A stretch of 64,000 nucleotides of DNA from Hyaloraphidium curvatum SAG 235-1 (GCA_025558095.1 JAIVFI010000016.1:496001-560000), one strand, 5' to 3'; shown: positions 34,118-47,119, numbered from the stretch's first letter. The notes: a model not told the origin generated them from the sequence alone. Numbers and translations are program-made.

Positions 34118-36557
34118 CTAAACCCTCGCCGCGACGTACCAAAGCCACCACAACCTCAGCCTCGACACGATCTCCAGCCTCCAGATCAGCGTCCTCACCA
34201 GCGAGCTCTCGAACCACCACTTTGCCAGCGCCCTCCCCGCCCGCGTGGCCGCCAGCGCCGTCATCGGGCCCGCCACGAGCACGCGGTACAGCGGGCCGAG
34301 CAGCGGCAGGCCGGGCGCGGGCTTCTTGGGGGCGGCGCCGCGGACGACGTCCACCACGTACGCGGCCTCCTCGTCCGTCGCGGGGGCGACATTGGAGCGC
34401 CACGCGACGTGCCCGTCGGGCCGGACGAGCACCAGGTCCCGCTCGTACACCCCCCTCGCGTTGGCCAGCATCGCGTCGGAGGAGCACGCCGGCCCGACGT
34501 CGGCGAGCTTCATCGGCATCCCCACGGCCTCTGCGCGGGCGAGCAGCCGCGCGCAGTCCTTGGCCGCGTCGAAGCGGAGGAGCGTGAAGCCCATGGGGTC
34601 GAAAAGGTCCAGGATCGAGACCGTCTGCGGTTGCTGGTACGTCGTGATGGGGTCGGTGGGGAGCTCGGGGGGGAGGGAGAGCCAGACGTGCGGGGCGCGG
34701 GAGCCGGGCCAGGTCGTCGGGCTGCAAACACGCGACGGTCAGCGTCCGATGGCCACAAATGGGCGGGCAGGGACGCACATGTAGAACTGCACGCTCTGCT
34801 CGGGCTCGCGACCGCGCCGTCCGCGCCTGCCGCCCTCGGCGTGCTCGTCGTCGAACAGGACGATCGGCGAGCCGTTGTAGCGGTACCCGAACTCGAGCCC
34901 GCGGGCCTCGTTCTCGAGGTTGGTCAGGCCGTACAGGATCGCGGTCATCCGGCGACGGGCTTTGTTGCCGGCGGGGCTGTGCTCGTAGAGGGTCTTGCCG
35001 AGGGCCTGGAAGGCTTTCGGCGGGGCGGAGTCAGCAGTGCAGCATGCGAGTCCCAAGCACGGGCTTACCGTTGTTGATGACCACCCTCACCCCCGCGTGC
35101 TGCGCGCTCCCGTACATGTTGCGCTCCGCCACCGGCCTCCTCTCGGCCTCGATGCTCGGGAGCAGCCCCGGTCCGCCCCACCCCTTCACGACCGCGCCCA
35201 GCTTCCACGCCAGGTCCCAGGCGTCCCCGATCCCGCTGTTCATCCCGTACCCTCCGGTCGGGATGAACTGGTGCACCGCATCCCCGGCCATCCACACGCG
35301 CCCGCGGCCGTACACGGGCGAGACGACGAGGTGGCCCTTCCACCTGTTGGCCAGCACGATCTTGTGTTCGAACGGCTCGACGTCGCCGAGCGCCCAGCGC
35401 AGCGCCTCCGAATGGCCGAGGTCGTGCACGTGCTTGGGCACGCCGAATTCGGGCATGTGCATCGTGAACCGTTCGAAACCGTCCTGCGAGACGAGCGTGC
35501 CGCGGGGGGTCTGGATGTGCCACTGCTCCCCGAACGGGCAGACCAGGTCCATCCGCGGGGTGCTGAAGTTGATGGTGTAGGTCGGGAACGCGTCGTAGAG
35601 GCCCCAGCACTTTTCCTGCCCCAGGATCCTGCGCACCCGGGACGAACCGCCGTCGCACCCGGCGAGGTACAGGCACCTCACACTGCGCTCCTTGCCGTCC
35701 TTGTCCTGCAGCACCGCCGTGACCCCCTCCCCGTCCTCCTCGAAGCTCGTGAGGCCCCAGCCGAACAGGACGGTGACGGGGCGGCCGGCGGCCTGCGCGT
35801 CGTCGAGCTCCTTCTTGATCAGCGGCTCGAGGACCACCTGGGACATGCGCATGTTGGTTTCCAGGGGCTGCGCGCCGTCGTTGACCGCCAGGATCTTGCG
35901 GTTGTTGTCGAACGTGTTGCCGTAGTTGAAGTAGGCGAGCTGCGCGGGAAGAGCGCGTCAGACCGCGCCCAGGGCGATATCGCAGGAAGGGGGTGCCCAC
36001 GTCCCAGCACTGCGCCGCCCTGGTGTTCCAGTTCGTGGTCCACTGCACGTCGACGTTGCGCTCGCGGGGAACTGCGGCGTCGCGGATCTTCTCGGCGAGC
36101 CCGGCGGAGCGGAAGAGCTCCATCGAGCGGCCGTTGGTGATGTCCACTTCGGATCAGGGAAGAAGACCGGGAAATTGGAAGAGGGTAGGCCGGCGCCGTC
36201 GAGAGAAGGCAGCGAGCGTAGAGAGGGACGTCAGCGGCGGAAGAAGAGGGGGAAAGGAGGAGAAGGTAGGCAAGCATGGTGGAGATATGGCGCGGGCGGG
36301 GAGAGGGACGTCAGCGACGCGCCATGTTTCGGCCACTGGACGACGTACTCTTGGGGAACGACGTCGTGGTCTCATTCCTCTCGCAGAGTACAGTCTTGAC
36401 CCCGTTGCGCTGCAGCAGGTACGCCGTGAAGAGGCCGATGGGTCTGGCGGGAGAGGGCGGCGTCGGCGCGCTGTTCGGGGCCCGTGGGAGCGAATCCGGC
36501 CCACCCGCCGCCGACTACGAGCACTTCGGTCGAGAGCATGTCGGTTTTCTCCGCCAT
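34118..36557 (-). CDS. FAD-dependent aromatic monooxygenase (PheA/TfdB-like), multi-exon
   Basis: VLVVGGG, LAGCDGGSS, GRVWMAGDAVH..PTGGYGMNSGIGDA, C-terminal LVLVRPDGHVAW. Confidence 0.9.
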
Positions 36558-36848
36558 TGCGTGCCGTCGGAGTGTGTAACGGTGGGAATGCGTGGCGGTG
36601 GAGTGAAGGACGTCGGGCGTCTCCCAGCATCCGCCTCGCCCCCACTGGCGGGCAAACTCGAGGCTTGGAGCCGTCTTCGCCTCCGTAACCCTCCGGCAGT
36701 ATCTCCGCAAAAGGATTCGCTACAGACTGGCGCTCAACGATCGTCTTTCGGACAGGAATCGTGTTCTCTACCATGCCAACACGCCCGTCCTCCCCCAACT
36801 CTCCAACGCACCGCGACCGAGACCCCAAAACGCCTCAGCTCCACCAGC

Positions 36849-38880
36849 TCACCACCCATCCCCCTCCTCCCCGTCCTCCCCGACCACGTAGCACTCCATC
36901 GCATCCCCCACCCCCTTACCCCCCGCGAGCTCCGCGCACCGCCTCCGCAGCCTGCCCGCGATCTCCCACGGCGCGCCGCGGTGCAGGACCATCAGCCGCA
37001 TGGCGTCGCAGGGGGGCAGCACGCGCTCCGGGATGCCGGTGAGGTCGAGCGCGGGAGGCGCGGAGGAGCCGATCTCGGTGTCGCCCGAGGCGTCCGAGAG
37101 CGGGGTGCAAGGGCGATCGGCGGGGTCGGAGGCGGAGTCCAGGCCGAGGACGGTGGCGTACATGCGCTGCAGCTGGTAGTGCGTCGCGTACCCCAGCTCC
37201 AGGTGCAGGTCGATCCGCCCCGGGCGGACGAGCGCGGGATCGAGCAGCTCCGGGTGGTTCGAGGTCATGATCACCACAAGGCCTTCGTTGGTCGAGTACC
37301 CGTCGAGGCAGTTGAGCAGCGCGGAGAGGGTGGGGCCGAAAAAGTCCGAGAGGCCGAGGCCCTTCTTGTTGCTCGGGCCGGACTTGCGCTTGCGGCGGAA
37401 GGCGGGCTCCTCGTCCTCCGAATCGGACGACGAGTCCGAGTCGCCGCCGTCCGCATCCGTCGGCGAGGCGGGGCGCGGAAGAGGCGGGGGCGTCGGAGAC
37501 GGGGAGCCGGCGGTACGCGCGTGCACGATGGTCGACTGGGCGTCGACGTCCTCGAGCACGATGATGGAGTTCTTGGGCACGTTGGAAAAGGCAGACTGCA
37601 GCATCGCGTCGTCCTTGATCTCCTTGAGGTTGAGGTAGTACAGGTCCCGCCCGTAGGTTGCCGAGATGGCCTGCACGAGCGAGGTCTTGCCCGTCCCCGG
37701 CGGGCCCGAGAAGAGGTACCCGCGCCGGTACGGCATGCCGATCTTGGCGTAGAACTCCCTGTCCCCGGCGAACCGCTCCAGGTCGCGCAGCAGCACGTCC
37801 TCCTGCGCGCGGTCCAGGGCCACGGAGCGCAGGCCGCGGGAAGAGTGCAGCGTGTGCGTGCGCATCCAGTAGCCGCCGTCCGAGCGGATCTCCCAGCGGC
37901 CGCGGCGCTTGGACATGTTGAGCCAGGCGCGGTGGCGACGGGAGATGCGGAGGAGCCAGGCCTGCATCCACTCGACGGTCGCGGGGGGACAGGGGTTGTC
38001 CGAGGCATCGGCAACGCGGGAGACGACAAGGGCGGGCTCGGTCGGGGTCAGGCTGGTGTTGAACTCGGACTTCTTCTTGTCGCCGGTGTCCTCGCCGGTC
38101 TCGGCGGTGTCGAACCAGACTGAGGAAAGGAAGGTTGTCAGCCGACGGTCATCGGCAAGGGAAGCTGCCGAGCCCACCTTCGAAGAGGAAACCGTCGCTC
38201 GAAAAGCGGATTCTGGAGCTGTCACGGGGCAGGACGTTGAACGAGTCGAGCGCGTCCACCTCCTGGGCCTTCGCATCCAGTTCCTTCCCCCCGAACTCGT
38301 CCGCCTCGCCAGGCAGGTCCCCGAGCACGGCCTGCATCCGCCGCAGCTCGTCCGCGGGCACCTCGTCGTTGGTCACGACCATCCGGAAGGCGCCCTCGGC
38401 CTGCGAGCGCGACGAGCGGGACACAAGCCAGGCGAGGGCCTGCCAGTGCGAGTTGGGCACCTTTTCGCTGTACTGGTCCAGCTGGAGGTAGTCGACGCGC
38501 ACGGTGACGAGGTCCGACGCCTCCTGCTGCGTGCCGAGCAGGGCCGAGGCCAGCTGGCCGGCGAGGGAGAGGAGCGCGACGGCGAGGGTGGCGAGCGCGG
38601 TAGTTATGAACATGTCCACGGCGAAGTTGCCGGTCTGGAAGGAGGTGCCATAGCGAACGGGCAGGTATGCCAAGAGCATCGCGTGGAGTTGGCCAGAAGT
38701 CAGGAGATGGCGCACGGGGGCCAGTGCGCCGTTGTCGTCGAGGGCGGCGTGCTTTAGCGCATCGAGGAGGGCGCGGAGCCGCGGCGAGCGGGGCAGCGCG
38801 CGGAGGACGCGGAGGGCGGCGGCGGCGGCGCTGGCTGCGCGGATGAGTGCGGGGCCGCGGAGGCCGTTGGCGGGCGCCAT
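36849..38880 (-). CDS. BCS1-like AAA+ ATPase
   Basis: YAKIGMPYRRGYLFSGPPGTGKTS, IIVLEDVD, LSALLNCLDG, TSNHPELLDPALVRPGRID; one intron near 38120-38226. Confidence 0.88.
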
Positions 38881-39383
38881 GGGCGGAGGCGGGGGCGATG
38901 CGGCCGCGGGAGGTGATGACTGGTGCTGCGATGCGTGTCTCGCGTCCCTTTTGTAGGTCTCCTTTGCCCGGTGGAGATGTTCTTTGGACCTGAGTGAAGA
39001 AAGGGTTCGGGACTGCTGTCCCCGATTGCTGTTGTTGGCTGGGCGTCGAATGCAAACACCGTCGCCACGGAACAGCAGCGAGAGCCGACACCCGCGCTTC
39101 CGGACTCGGTGCCGATTTTAAGTCGCGCGTTGTCGCTGGCGCTTCGTGCGTGCTGGCGGATCTTCCCCTGCTCCGCCACGCGGCACGGCGGAGGCACAGC
39201 ATTCCAGGATCATCCCCCTGCTTGCCACGCAAACACCGATCCGCAAACCTGTGTTCGCCACGCCAGCAGACTAGGCACATAATGGGCCCTGTTCGGCGGG
39301 CAATCGTCGTTGTCTATGCGGCAGGACCCGGGGAAACACGTACACGACATGGCATGCACCGTAGCTCCGGCCAACGAACGGTC

Positions 39384-40710
39384 CTACCCCGCGCAAACCA
39401 CGTCCAGCGTGATCGTCAGCCCCGCGCTCCTCAGCACGCTCCACAGCGTCACGCATACCGTGACCACGGTCACCAGCATCCTCCTCGCCGCCCCCACCGT
39501 GACCACGAACCCGAGCACCCTGGCCTTCCACCTGTCCGCGTCCATGTACGACCCCAGCACCTGGTCGTGCAGCGCCATCCTCCCCGCAATCTCGACGACG
39601 CGCGGGTTCCAGGGATCGTGCTCCCGCGCCCGGGCCGCGAGCTCGCGGAGCGCCCGGCGCGCCTCGCTGTAGGCGTCCAAGACCGCCGCGATGTGCCCGT
39701 TCGAGGCGGCGATGTTGGAGACGTCGGAAAAGACGGCGACGCCGACGTACAGGAGCAGGGCGGGGATGAAGGCGGGGAGGCAGGCGCCCAGAGTGAGGAA
39801 GACGGCGGCGGAGAGGAGCAGCGAGGCGGCGTAGAAGCCGAGGAAGACGGAGATGTAGGCCATGAAGGAGAAGCGCTGCTGCCAGACTGCCGTGAGCTCC
39901 GAGTGCAGGATCTGGTAGGGTTACGGGGCGGGGGCGGCGCCGCGCGGCGGGAGCGGATGCGCGGGATCGGCCAGCTCGGCTTTGAAGCGGTCGAGGAGCG
40001 ACCTGAGGCACATCCACACGGCGCGGTGGTGCACCCGGCGGGAGAGCTCGAGCGTGCCCAAGCTGGCGCGGAACCGGGTGCCCAGGATGTTCACGAGTGA
40101 CACCCCCACCTCGACCGTGGCTGCGGTGCCGGGATCAGGCACGCGCAGGGGCGGAACCGCGACGAGACGACTCACCGTACATCGCGACGAGGGAGCAAAT
40201 GCCCCACCATGTCGACATCGCGACGTCGCGGAAGGTAAAGGCAATCGTCCAGGAATAGAGGAAGACCGCCGCGGTGACGGTCACGACCCTCGCCGAGGCG
40301 TCGACGTATGCGAACCCCGTCACGTTCCGCAACGTTGAGCCCGCACACGTGCCCCTGGAGCACGGGCAGAGCGCGTCGGCGGGGTCGTGGTCCAAGAGAC
40401 GCGTGGCCGGCGGGCACGTGTCGCCGCCCTGCGCCTCCCACCACACGACGGCCGTCGGATCGGCTTCCTTCAGCTCGTCTGCGAGCTGGCACCACCGCAC
40501 GACGCTGGCGAGGTTGTGGCTTGTGACATGTCCGGCTCTCCGTCCGCCTTGGGCGTCGGGGTGAAGCGCAGCTTCCAGCGGGCAAACAGCGGCGGCAGGA
40601 CGAGCATCACGATCCGAAACGCCCGGGAGGCTGTGCTGGGTCCCCGGCCGCCGCCCTTGGCCCGCCCCGGGTCCGGGGATTGCCCCGGGAGGCTTGGCCG
40701 GGGATTTCAT
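39384..40710 (-). pseudogene. Multi-TM GR-like/DUF3537-like protein copy A, disrupted
   Basis: Paralog of 51291-52671; in-frame TAA at 39921-39923; the upstream TM segment is in a different frame; one intron near 40121-40175. Confidence 0.65.
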
Positions 40711-40823
40711 GAGGGACCTGCATCGCGTATAAGAGCGGACGCGTCCCGGAGACTGGAGACATCGACAAGCACTCCCTCGAGCACCCGACAACTGCTGCAC
40801 CTGCCTCCCCCGACAACACCACA

Positions 40824-41797
40824 ATGACCGCCGCGTTCGACCGCAAGGACCTCGAGTTCGCCAGCCACGGCGTGACGTGCCGGGGCTACCTCTACCGCCC
40901 CACGGCGTCCTCCGGGCCCGTGCCATGCGTTGTCATGGCGCACGGCTTCGCCGCCACGCGCGAGTGCTGCATCCTCCCCTACGCCGAGGCCTTTGCTGGT
41001 GGGTTTAACGCAGCTGTTTCCTCTCCGATGTGCGGCTGACACCCTCCCCTGCAGCCGCAGGCTACGCCGCCTTTGTCTTCGACTACCGCAGCTGGGGCGC
41101 CAGCGGCGGCAAGCCCCGCAACGTGCTCGTGCCGTCGCGCCAGGTCGACGACTACCTCGCCGCCGTCGCATTCGTGCGCACGCTGCCCGGCATCCGCGCC
41201 GACGCCGTCGCCGTCTGGGGCACCTCCTTCGCCGGCGGCCTGGCGACCATGGCCGCGGCACGCGACGGCAAGGTCGCGGCGGTGATCGGCCAGTGCCCGC
41301 TGATGGATGGCTTCGGCGCCGTCACCGAGGCCATCAAGTACGCCGGCCTCTGGCACGTCATGAAGCTCAGCTGGCATGCGACCCTGGACATCTTCGCGGC
41401 CCTGTTCCGCATGGACCCTCACTTCATCCCCGCGGCGGGCCGGCCCGGCGAGGTCGCCGCCATGACCTCGGCCGACTCCTATTCGGGCTACAACGCCCTG
41501 ATCCCCGAGGGCGTCGACACCCGCGTCGCCGCGAGGGTGATCGCGCTGCTCCCCTTCCATCGCCCCGTCTCGGAAGCCCGCAAGGTGGCCTGCCCGGCAT
41601 TCCTCCAGATCTGCGACAGGGAGACGGTGGCCCCGATCCCCGCGGCGCTCGAGGCGGCCAGGAGGATGCCGAGGGCCGAGGTCAAGCACTACGACATGGG
41701 GCACTTCGACATCTACCAAGGGGAGGCTCGGGAGGCGTCGATCAAGGACCAGCTGGAGTTCCTGCGGCGGCATGTGCCTGTGGCTGCCAAGTTCTGA
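40824..41797 (+). CDS. Alpha/beta hydrolase (S15/CocE-type, bacterial-like)
   Basis: VMAHGF, FDYRSWGASGG, WGTSFAGG nucleophile elbow, GHFDIY; one intron near 40999-41053. Confidence 0.88.
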
Positions 41798-41948
41798 GCT
41801 CGAGGGCGGGAATCCGGGCGGCAGACGAGTTGTGAATACGCCTTCTTCGCAGTTGAACATACTTGAAGTGATATCAGAGATTCTTGAAGACCGTGCTGCT
41901 CCACCCATGGCCGTCGACCCCGTCCATCCTCTTCCTGCGCCCCGGGAA

Positions 41949-42684
41949 TCAGCTCTTTTCCAGCCCCTCCTTGTGCTTCGCCAGCGCTCCCTCCCCGAGC
42001 CCGCTGGGATCCCACGCGCGCAGCATCGGCAGCACCTCGGCCGGTTCCGAGGCAGAGAGCATCGCCGCACGGCGGAGGTCCTCCCGCACGAAGCCGGACG
42101 AGACCGCAGCGTCCAGGAGGGATACGAGGGGGGCGTAGTAGCCCTTTGTCGAGAGGAGGAGGACGGGTTTCGTGTGCAGCTTGAGCTGTGTGGCGACCGT
42201 CAGGAAGAGCCGCGCCTGCGCCTACAATTCGAGCAAACCTGCGTCCACGTCGTCATCTCGAACAGCTCCTCGAACGTCCCGATCCCCCCCGGCAGCGCCA
42301 CGAACGCGTCCGCGAGCTCGGCCATCTTCGTCTTGCGCTCGTGCATCGTGTCGACGTAGATGCACTCCGTCAGATCGGGGTGGTCTATCTCCTTGATCCG
42401 CATGAACTTGGGAAGCACGCCGACCACTTGGCCCCCGGCCTTCAGCGCGCTGATGTTGGTCAGACGCGTCGCGGCCCGGTCCGGCACAACACCCACGCGT
42501 CCGCGACCCTCCCCATTAATCCGACTTTCCCTCCTCCGTAGACGAGCCGCACGCCGTTTTCGGCCAGTAAACGCCCCAAATCGTCGGCTGCCTGGGCAAA
42601 CGCCGGGTCGTTGCCCAGGGAGGAACCACAAAACACGCAGACGGACGCGACGGAGTGGGCCGCCGGTGCCGTAAGGGCGGACAT
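41949..42684 (-). CDS. LOG-family nucleotide phosphoribohydrolase
   Basis: [34 protein letters not shown]; two introns. Confidence 0.92.
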
Positions 42685-42981
42685 CGCGGCAAGGTAGGAT
42701 AGATGGATCGATGGAGGGTGTCGGTGGCGAGAATGAAGGCCAACTCAGAGCGCAGATTCTTGCCACTCTCAAAACCCCTCTTGCGACGAGGCCTTTTCGC
42801 CCCCCCGGCAGAACTCCCTCAGAGACTCTTTAGCGCGGGCGAAACGACCTCAGTGCCAGCGCAAACTCACTACAGACACATCTCCGACCCCGCTCCTCTC
42901 CTCAGGTGCGCCGCGAGCCCCGCCGCACCGCCGCGCACCGCTGACTGTCCCCGTCTCCCAGCCCGCCCCAAAACACCGAAA

Positions 42982-43269
42982 ATGCCCTGCGGTTGCGGTT
43001 CGGCCTGCAAGTGCGCTGCCGCCGGCAAGGAGTGCCGCTGCGGCGCCAAGGAGCCCGAGCCCGTGCTCGCGGCCAACCCGACGGCTGCTGCTGACGCCTG
43101 CACCTGCAAGGCCGGCAAGTCGTGCGGCTGCGACGCCGGCGGCAAGCCGTGCGGCTGCGCGACCAAGAAGGCGCCGGCCAAGTACGAGTGCAAGTGCAAG
43201 GGGGGCAAGGGCTGCGGCTGCACCGACGGCACCAAGGAGTGCGGGTGCGGCAAGAAGTCCACCCTCTGA
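42982..43269 (+). CDS. Metallothionein (95 aa, 18 Cys)
   Basis: Nine CxC motifs in three clusters; Lys/Gly/Ala-rich; probable 5'-UTR intron at 42906-42961. Confidence 0.85.
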   Translation: MPCGCGSACKCAAAGKECRCGAKEPEPVLAANPTAAADACTCKAGKSCGCDAGGKPCGCATKKAPAKYECKCKGGKGCGCTDGTKECGCGKKSTL

Positions 43270-43444
43270 ACTCGAACTCTGACCCCTGAGGTCGTGCGGA
43301 CATGGGATCGGGCCGGACCAGGGGGCCGTTGCCCATAAGAAGGGATCAAAGCAGTGTAGCCGTTTTGATTTTGGCCTGCAATGACATGGTGTAAACTGTA
43401 AACGGTCCCGCTGCTCCAGGCTCTCCTAGTCCGGGCGCCGCGCC

Positions 43445-44695
43445 TCAGAGGTTCGGGCGGATGAGGAACTTCTGCCCCGTCGCCTGCTTGGCGTACTCCA
43501 TGATCTTGTCCAGGGCCAGCGCACCGGGGAGCGAGACTTCCGCCGTGTATGAACTGGCAAACGTCGTCGTGATCTCGTCCGCGACCCGTTTCCGCAGCCT
43601 GTCCGCCTCCTTCTTACCCACTTTATCAAGGTAAGGCATAAGCAACCACCCTCCAATGCTCCAGGCCATGCCGAAGGTGCGGTTGATCTCGGTCGGTGAC
43701 CTGTCCAGTCCTCCGTAGATGTAGACCTGCGTGGGTTGGTCACTCTTGCCTCAACACACGGAACCCAGCGTGCAATCCCTCACCTGCTTGTGCGTCGACG
43801 ACCCGTAACGCGAGTACTCCTTGGCCGAAGCGTTGGCCGCGGCCTCCATGCAGGCCAAGATGGTCCCCGCCTGCTTGCCTCCGCCGATCGCATCGAAGGC
43901 GATCGTCGCGCCCGTGTCGATCAGCGCCTTGGTGAGGTCCTCGCGGAAGGTCGGCGAGGACGAATCGCAGACGTGCTTGGCGCCGACCTTGCGGAGGATT
44001 TCGGCCTGCTCGGGCCGGCGTACGATGTTGACTAGGGGCACGTTGTCCGCGTTGCACAGCTTGACCAGCATCTGGCCGAGGTTGGATGCGGCGGCGGTGT
44101 GAACCAGAGCCTATCGGTGGACGAAGGTCAGAACTCGTTGAGGAGATCCCAGAGAGGCAGACGACAGCACCTTGTGCCCCTCGAGCTTCATGGTCCCCAC
44201 CATGCCCAGCGCCGTGAGTGGGTTGACGAACATGGCCGCCGCGTCGGCAGGCTTGACGCCCGAGGCGACCGGCAGGCACTGGTCCACCTTCAGGACGCGA
44301 TAGGTGGAGTACATTGCCCCGCCAAAGGTCCCAACGACCTTTCCAAGCAGCGCTTTGGCTTGGGGCGAGTCGCCCGTCGCGATGACCGTCCCGGCACCCT
44401 CGTTGCCGACCGGGAGAGCCTTGCCGACACGGGCCTTGGCTTGCCGAAGCGCGCCCTCGGGCACCCGAAATTTCGCAACGGCCGACGCCCCGCTGCCCTC
44501 GAGCTTGCCCGTCGACACATCGGCGCCGGCGAGCAAAAGACCCAGGTCCGAGGGGTTTATCGGGGCAGCTTCGACGCGCACGACGACCTCGTCGGGTCCG
44601 GGGGCAGCGAGGGGCGATTCGCGCAGGAGGAGCGAGAGGGTGCCGTCGGCATCGATGAGCGAGCGGAGCTGCAGCGTCGTCTTCGGCGCGGACAT
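43445..44695 (-). CDS. MDR-family oxidoreductase (enoyl-reductase-like, bacterial 'NADH oxidase' type)
   Basis: EAAPINPSDLG, VGNEGAG, MFVNPLTALGM, AAASNLGQ, FGMAWSIGGWLL; two introns. Confidence 0.88.
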
Positions 44696-44863
44696 CTTTG
44701 GCGTCGTGCTACCTGTTGCCAATCGCGAATCACCCCCACTTTTATGTTCGGATGCGGAGTTATCCGGTCGGTCCGCGACGCCAACGCGGACGCGACGCGA
44801 TCGACTCGACTGTTTACGTTCCCCTTTTGCGGGGGCCACGATCGACATCGGACTAGTCCGAAG

Positions 44864-47119
44864 ATGATATCCTTCTCCGAACTCGCGTCCTACCGGCCCG
44901 ACGTCATCGTCGCCGGCGGCGGCACAGCAGGATGCGTGGTCGCTTCCCGCATCTCGGAACGTCTCCCATCGATGCGCGTCCTCCTCGTGGAGGCCGGTCC
45001 GGACAGCAGCGGCATCGCCATCATCGACCGCAGCGACAGAGTTCGCGAGGCGAAGAGATACCACGATTGGGGTTTCAAGACGGTTGCTCAGCCGGAGTTG
45101 CGGGGCCACGAGGTGGCGATCGAGAGGGGCAAGGTGCTCGGGGGAAGCTCGTGCATCATGTGGATGGTGGATCGTGCCTTTTTTCCGCGGCTTGGGAACG
45201 TTCCTGACGCGTTTCTGACGTTTCTGACGCGTTTCTGAAGGGGCACGTCCGCGGGAACCCGGAAGACTGGAATGAGATAGAGAGACAGACTGGAGTGAAG
45301 GGCTGGAGCTACCGCGACATGCTGCGTGAGTTTCTCATGCAGGCTTGCAAGCCACGATGGTAACGCGCTTGCTTGTCGCAACTTCGGGGCAGCCGCCTTC
45401 AAGCGTTTCGAGAACTTTATCAGCGACCCTGCGCTTGCCGACGCTGGCTACCACGGCACTTCGGGCCCCATCGCCGTACGCTCTGCCGGATTCAATGTGC
45501 TCGGAACGCAGTTCATGCGGGCGTGCAACGCCCTCGGCGTCGGTCTCGGCGCCGGCGGCCGGATCGACCCTTCCAAGGGCGACGTGGAGAAGGGCCCGAG
45601 CGACTACAACGGCCGGGTGCAGGCCGGCACGGGGCCCATGCAGGTGACCAGCGTTTCCGAGGCCAGCTTTGTAATTGGAACTCGAAGGCTGACTCGGGCG
45701 GTTCCAGATGTTCATGGATTCCTCCTTTGCTCGATCGGCCAACACGGCCAAGGGCTACATCCACCCGTTCATCGACCCGTCGCTGCCTGGCTACCGGCCT
45801 AACCTGCGCGTGCTCGTTCGCACTCAGGTCACGCGGGTCCTGTTCGATGCCACTGGCGGTGGCGAGCCCAGGGCACGGGGAATTGAGTGCCTAGTCGACG
45901 GCAAGACAGCGACCATCATGGCCGCTAAGGAGGTTGTTGTTTCTGCAGGAGGTGGGTGGCGATCAAGAGCGCCGATCCGGAGGCACGCCGCAATACTAAG
46001 CTGACTCGCTCTCCCCAGCCTTCCAGTCTCCGCAGCTGCTGATGCTCTCGGGCATTGGACCTCGAGAACACCTCGCAGAGCATGGAATCGAGTGCATTGT
46101 CGACAACCAGCATGTCGGTCAGAACCTCGGCGACCGTGGGTGCCTCACCATCCCTCGTTCGATGTACCCGATTTGACGTGCTTCACAGATCTCCTGGTGC
46201 ACATTGCCTTCCGCTCCGAACCCTGGCCCGAGATGCCACTCTGGCCGACCGTCACCTTCTTCAGCACGCCGAGCTACGCGGAGAGGTTGGAAAAGGCTGG
46301 TGTGCCTGTCGCCCCGAACATAGAATGCAAGGATGTTTCTTCCATCAGTGCTTGTTCCCCCCTGATCTTCCTTCTCGCAGCGTACCCGCTCTCGACCGCG
46401 CTGGAGTTCATTCTAGCAGATCGCCAGAAGGAGGTACGTGGCTGCCCTACGCAAGGGCGGAGATACTCACCCTGAACAAATAGACCATCGATGTTCAGCC
46501 TCTCGGACCCCTTTCCCCCGACGAAACCTGGGATGCTGCGGTGCACCGCGCCAAGGGCTTCATCACCAACGTACCTACCAGGTTCGAGCCGAACTTCCAC
46601 TTCCAAGTCGTGCTGAACAAGGTCAAGAGCCGGGGCTCCGTCACCCTGGCGGGGGCAAACCCGCTTCTGCCGCCCAAGATCGACCCGCGATATCTGAGCG
46701 AGCGCGAGGATTTGGAAGACTTTTGCGAGGGGCTTGAGGGAATCAGGGCAATTGTCGGGGAGATGCGTAAGCGCAACTCTGGACTCCATGAAGAAATCGC
46801 CGAGGAAGCGATCCTGGGTGAGGTGATGAGGGTGACGGGCCTGGACCGAGAAGCAGCGCTCGCTCATAGGCTCTACCTGGAGGAATTCATCCGGAGGCAG
46901 GCCGCGACCGTGTGGCACCCTTGCGGGACGTGTGCTCTTGGTAGAGTTGTGGATGGGCGGTGCCGAGTGATGGGGACGAGGGGATTGCGGGTGGTGGATG
47001 CCAGCTTGTTCGATCCGGCCGCGGGAAACATCATGTCCGCGGTGGTTGCGTCGGCGGAGCGAGCGGCGGAGTTGATGTTGGAGGACTTGCAGGGCGAATT
47101 GATCAAGAGTAAGAGCTAG
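44864..47119 (+). CDS. GMC oxidoreductase, multi-exon
   Basis: [46 protein letters not shown]. Confidence 0.9.

Noticed and set aside
25238-36557. Aromatic catabolic cluster (MAAI + FAD monooxygenase)
   Set aside because: The genes are about 8 kb apart with unrelated genes between them, and no ring-cleavage dioxygenase or FAA hydrolase is present.
36276-38123. Long antisense or alternate-frame ORFs (615 aa here; similar ones at 4746-6395, 7462-9048 and 32532-33812)
   Set aside because: These are Arg/Pro/Gly-rich shadow ORFs expected at this GC content, overlapping well-supported genes.
39921-39923. Alternative genetic code or stop readthrough to explain the in-frame stops
   Set aside because: TAA, TAG and TGA all terminate normal genes in this window, and the same loci also carry frameshifts.
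42748-42754. MRE-like TGCGCTC (reverse strand) upstream of the metallothionein
   Set aside because: A single 7-mer is expected by chance in GC-rich DNA, and it is an animal-type motif.
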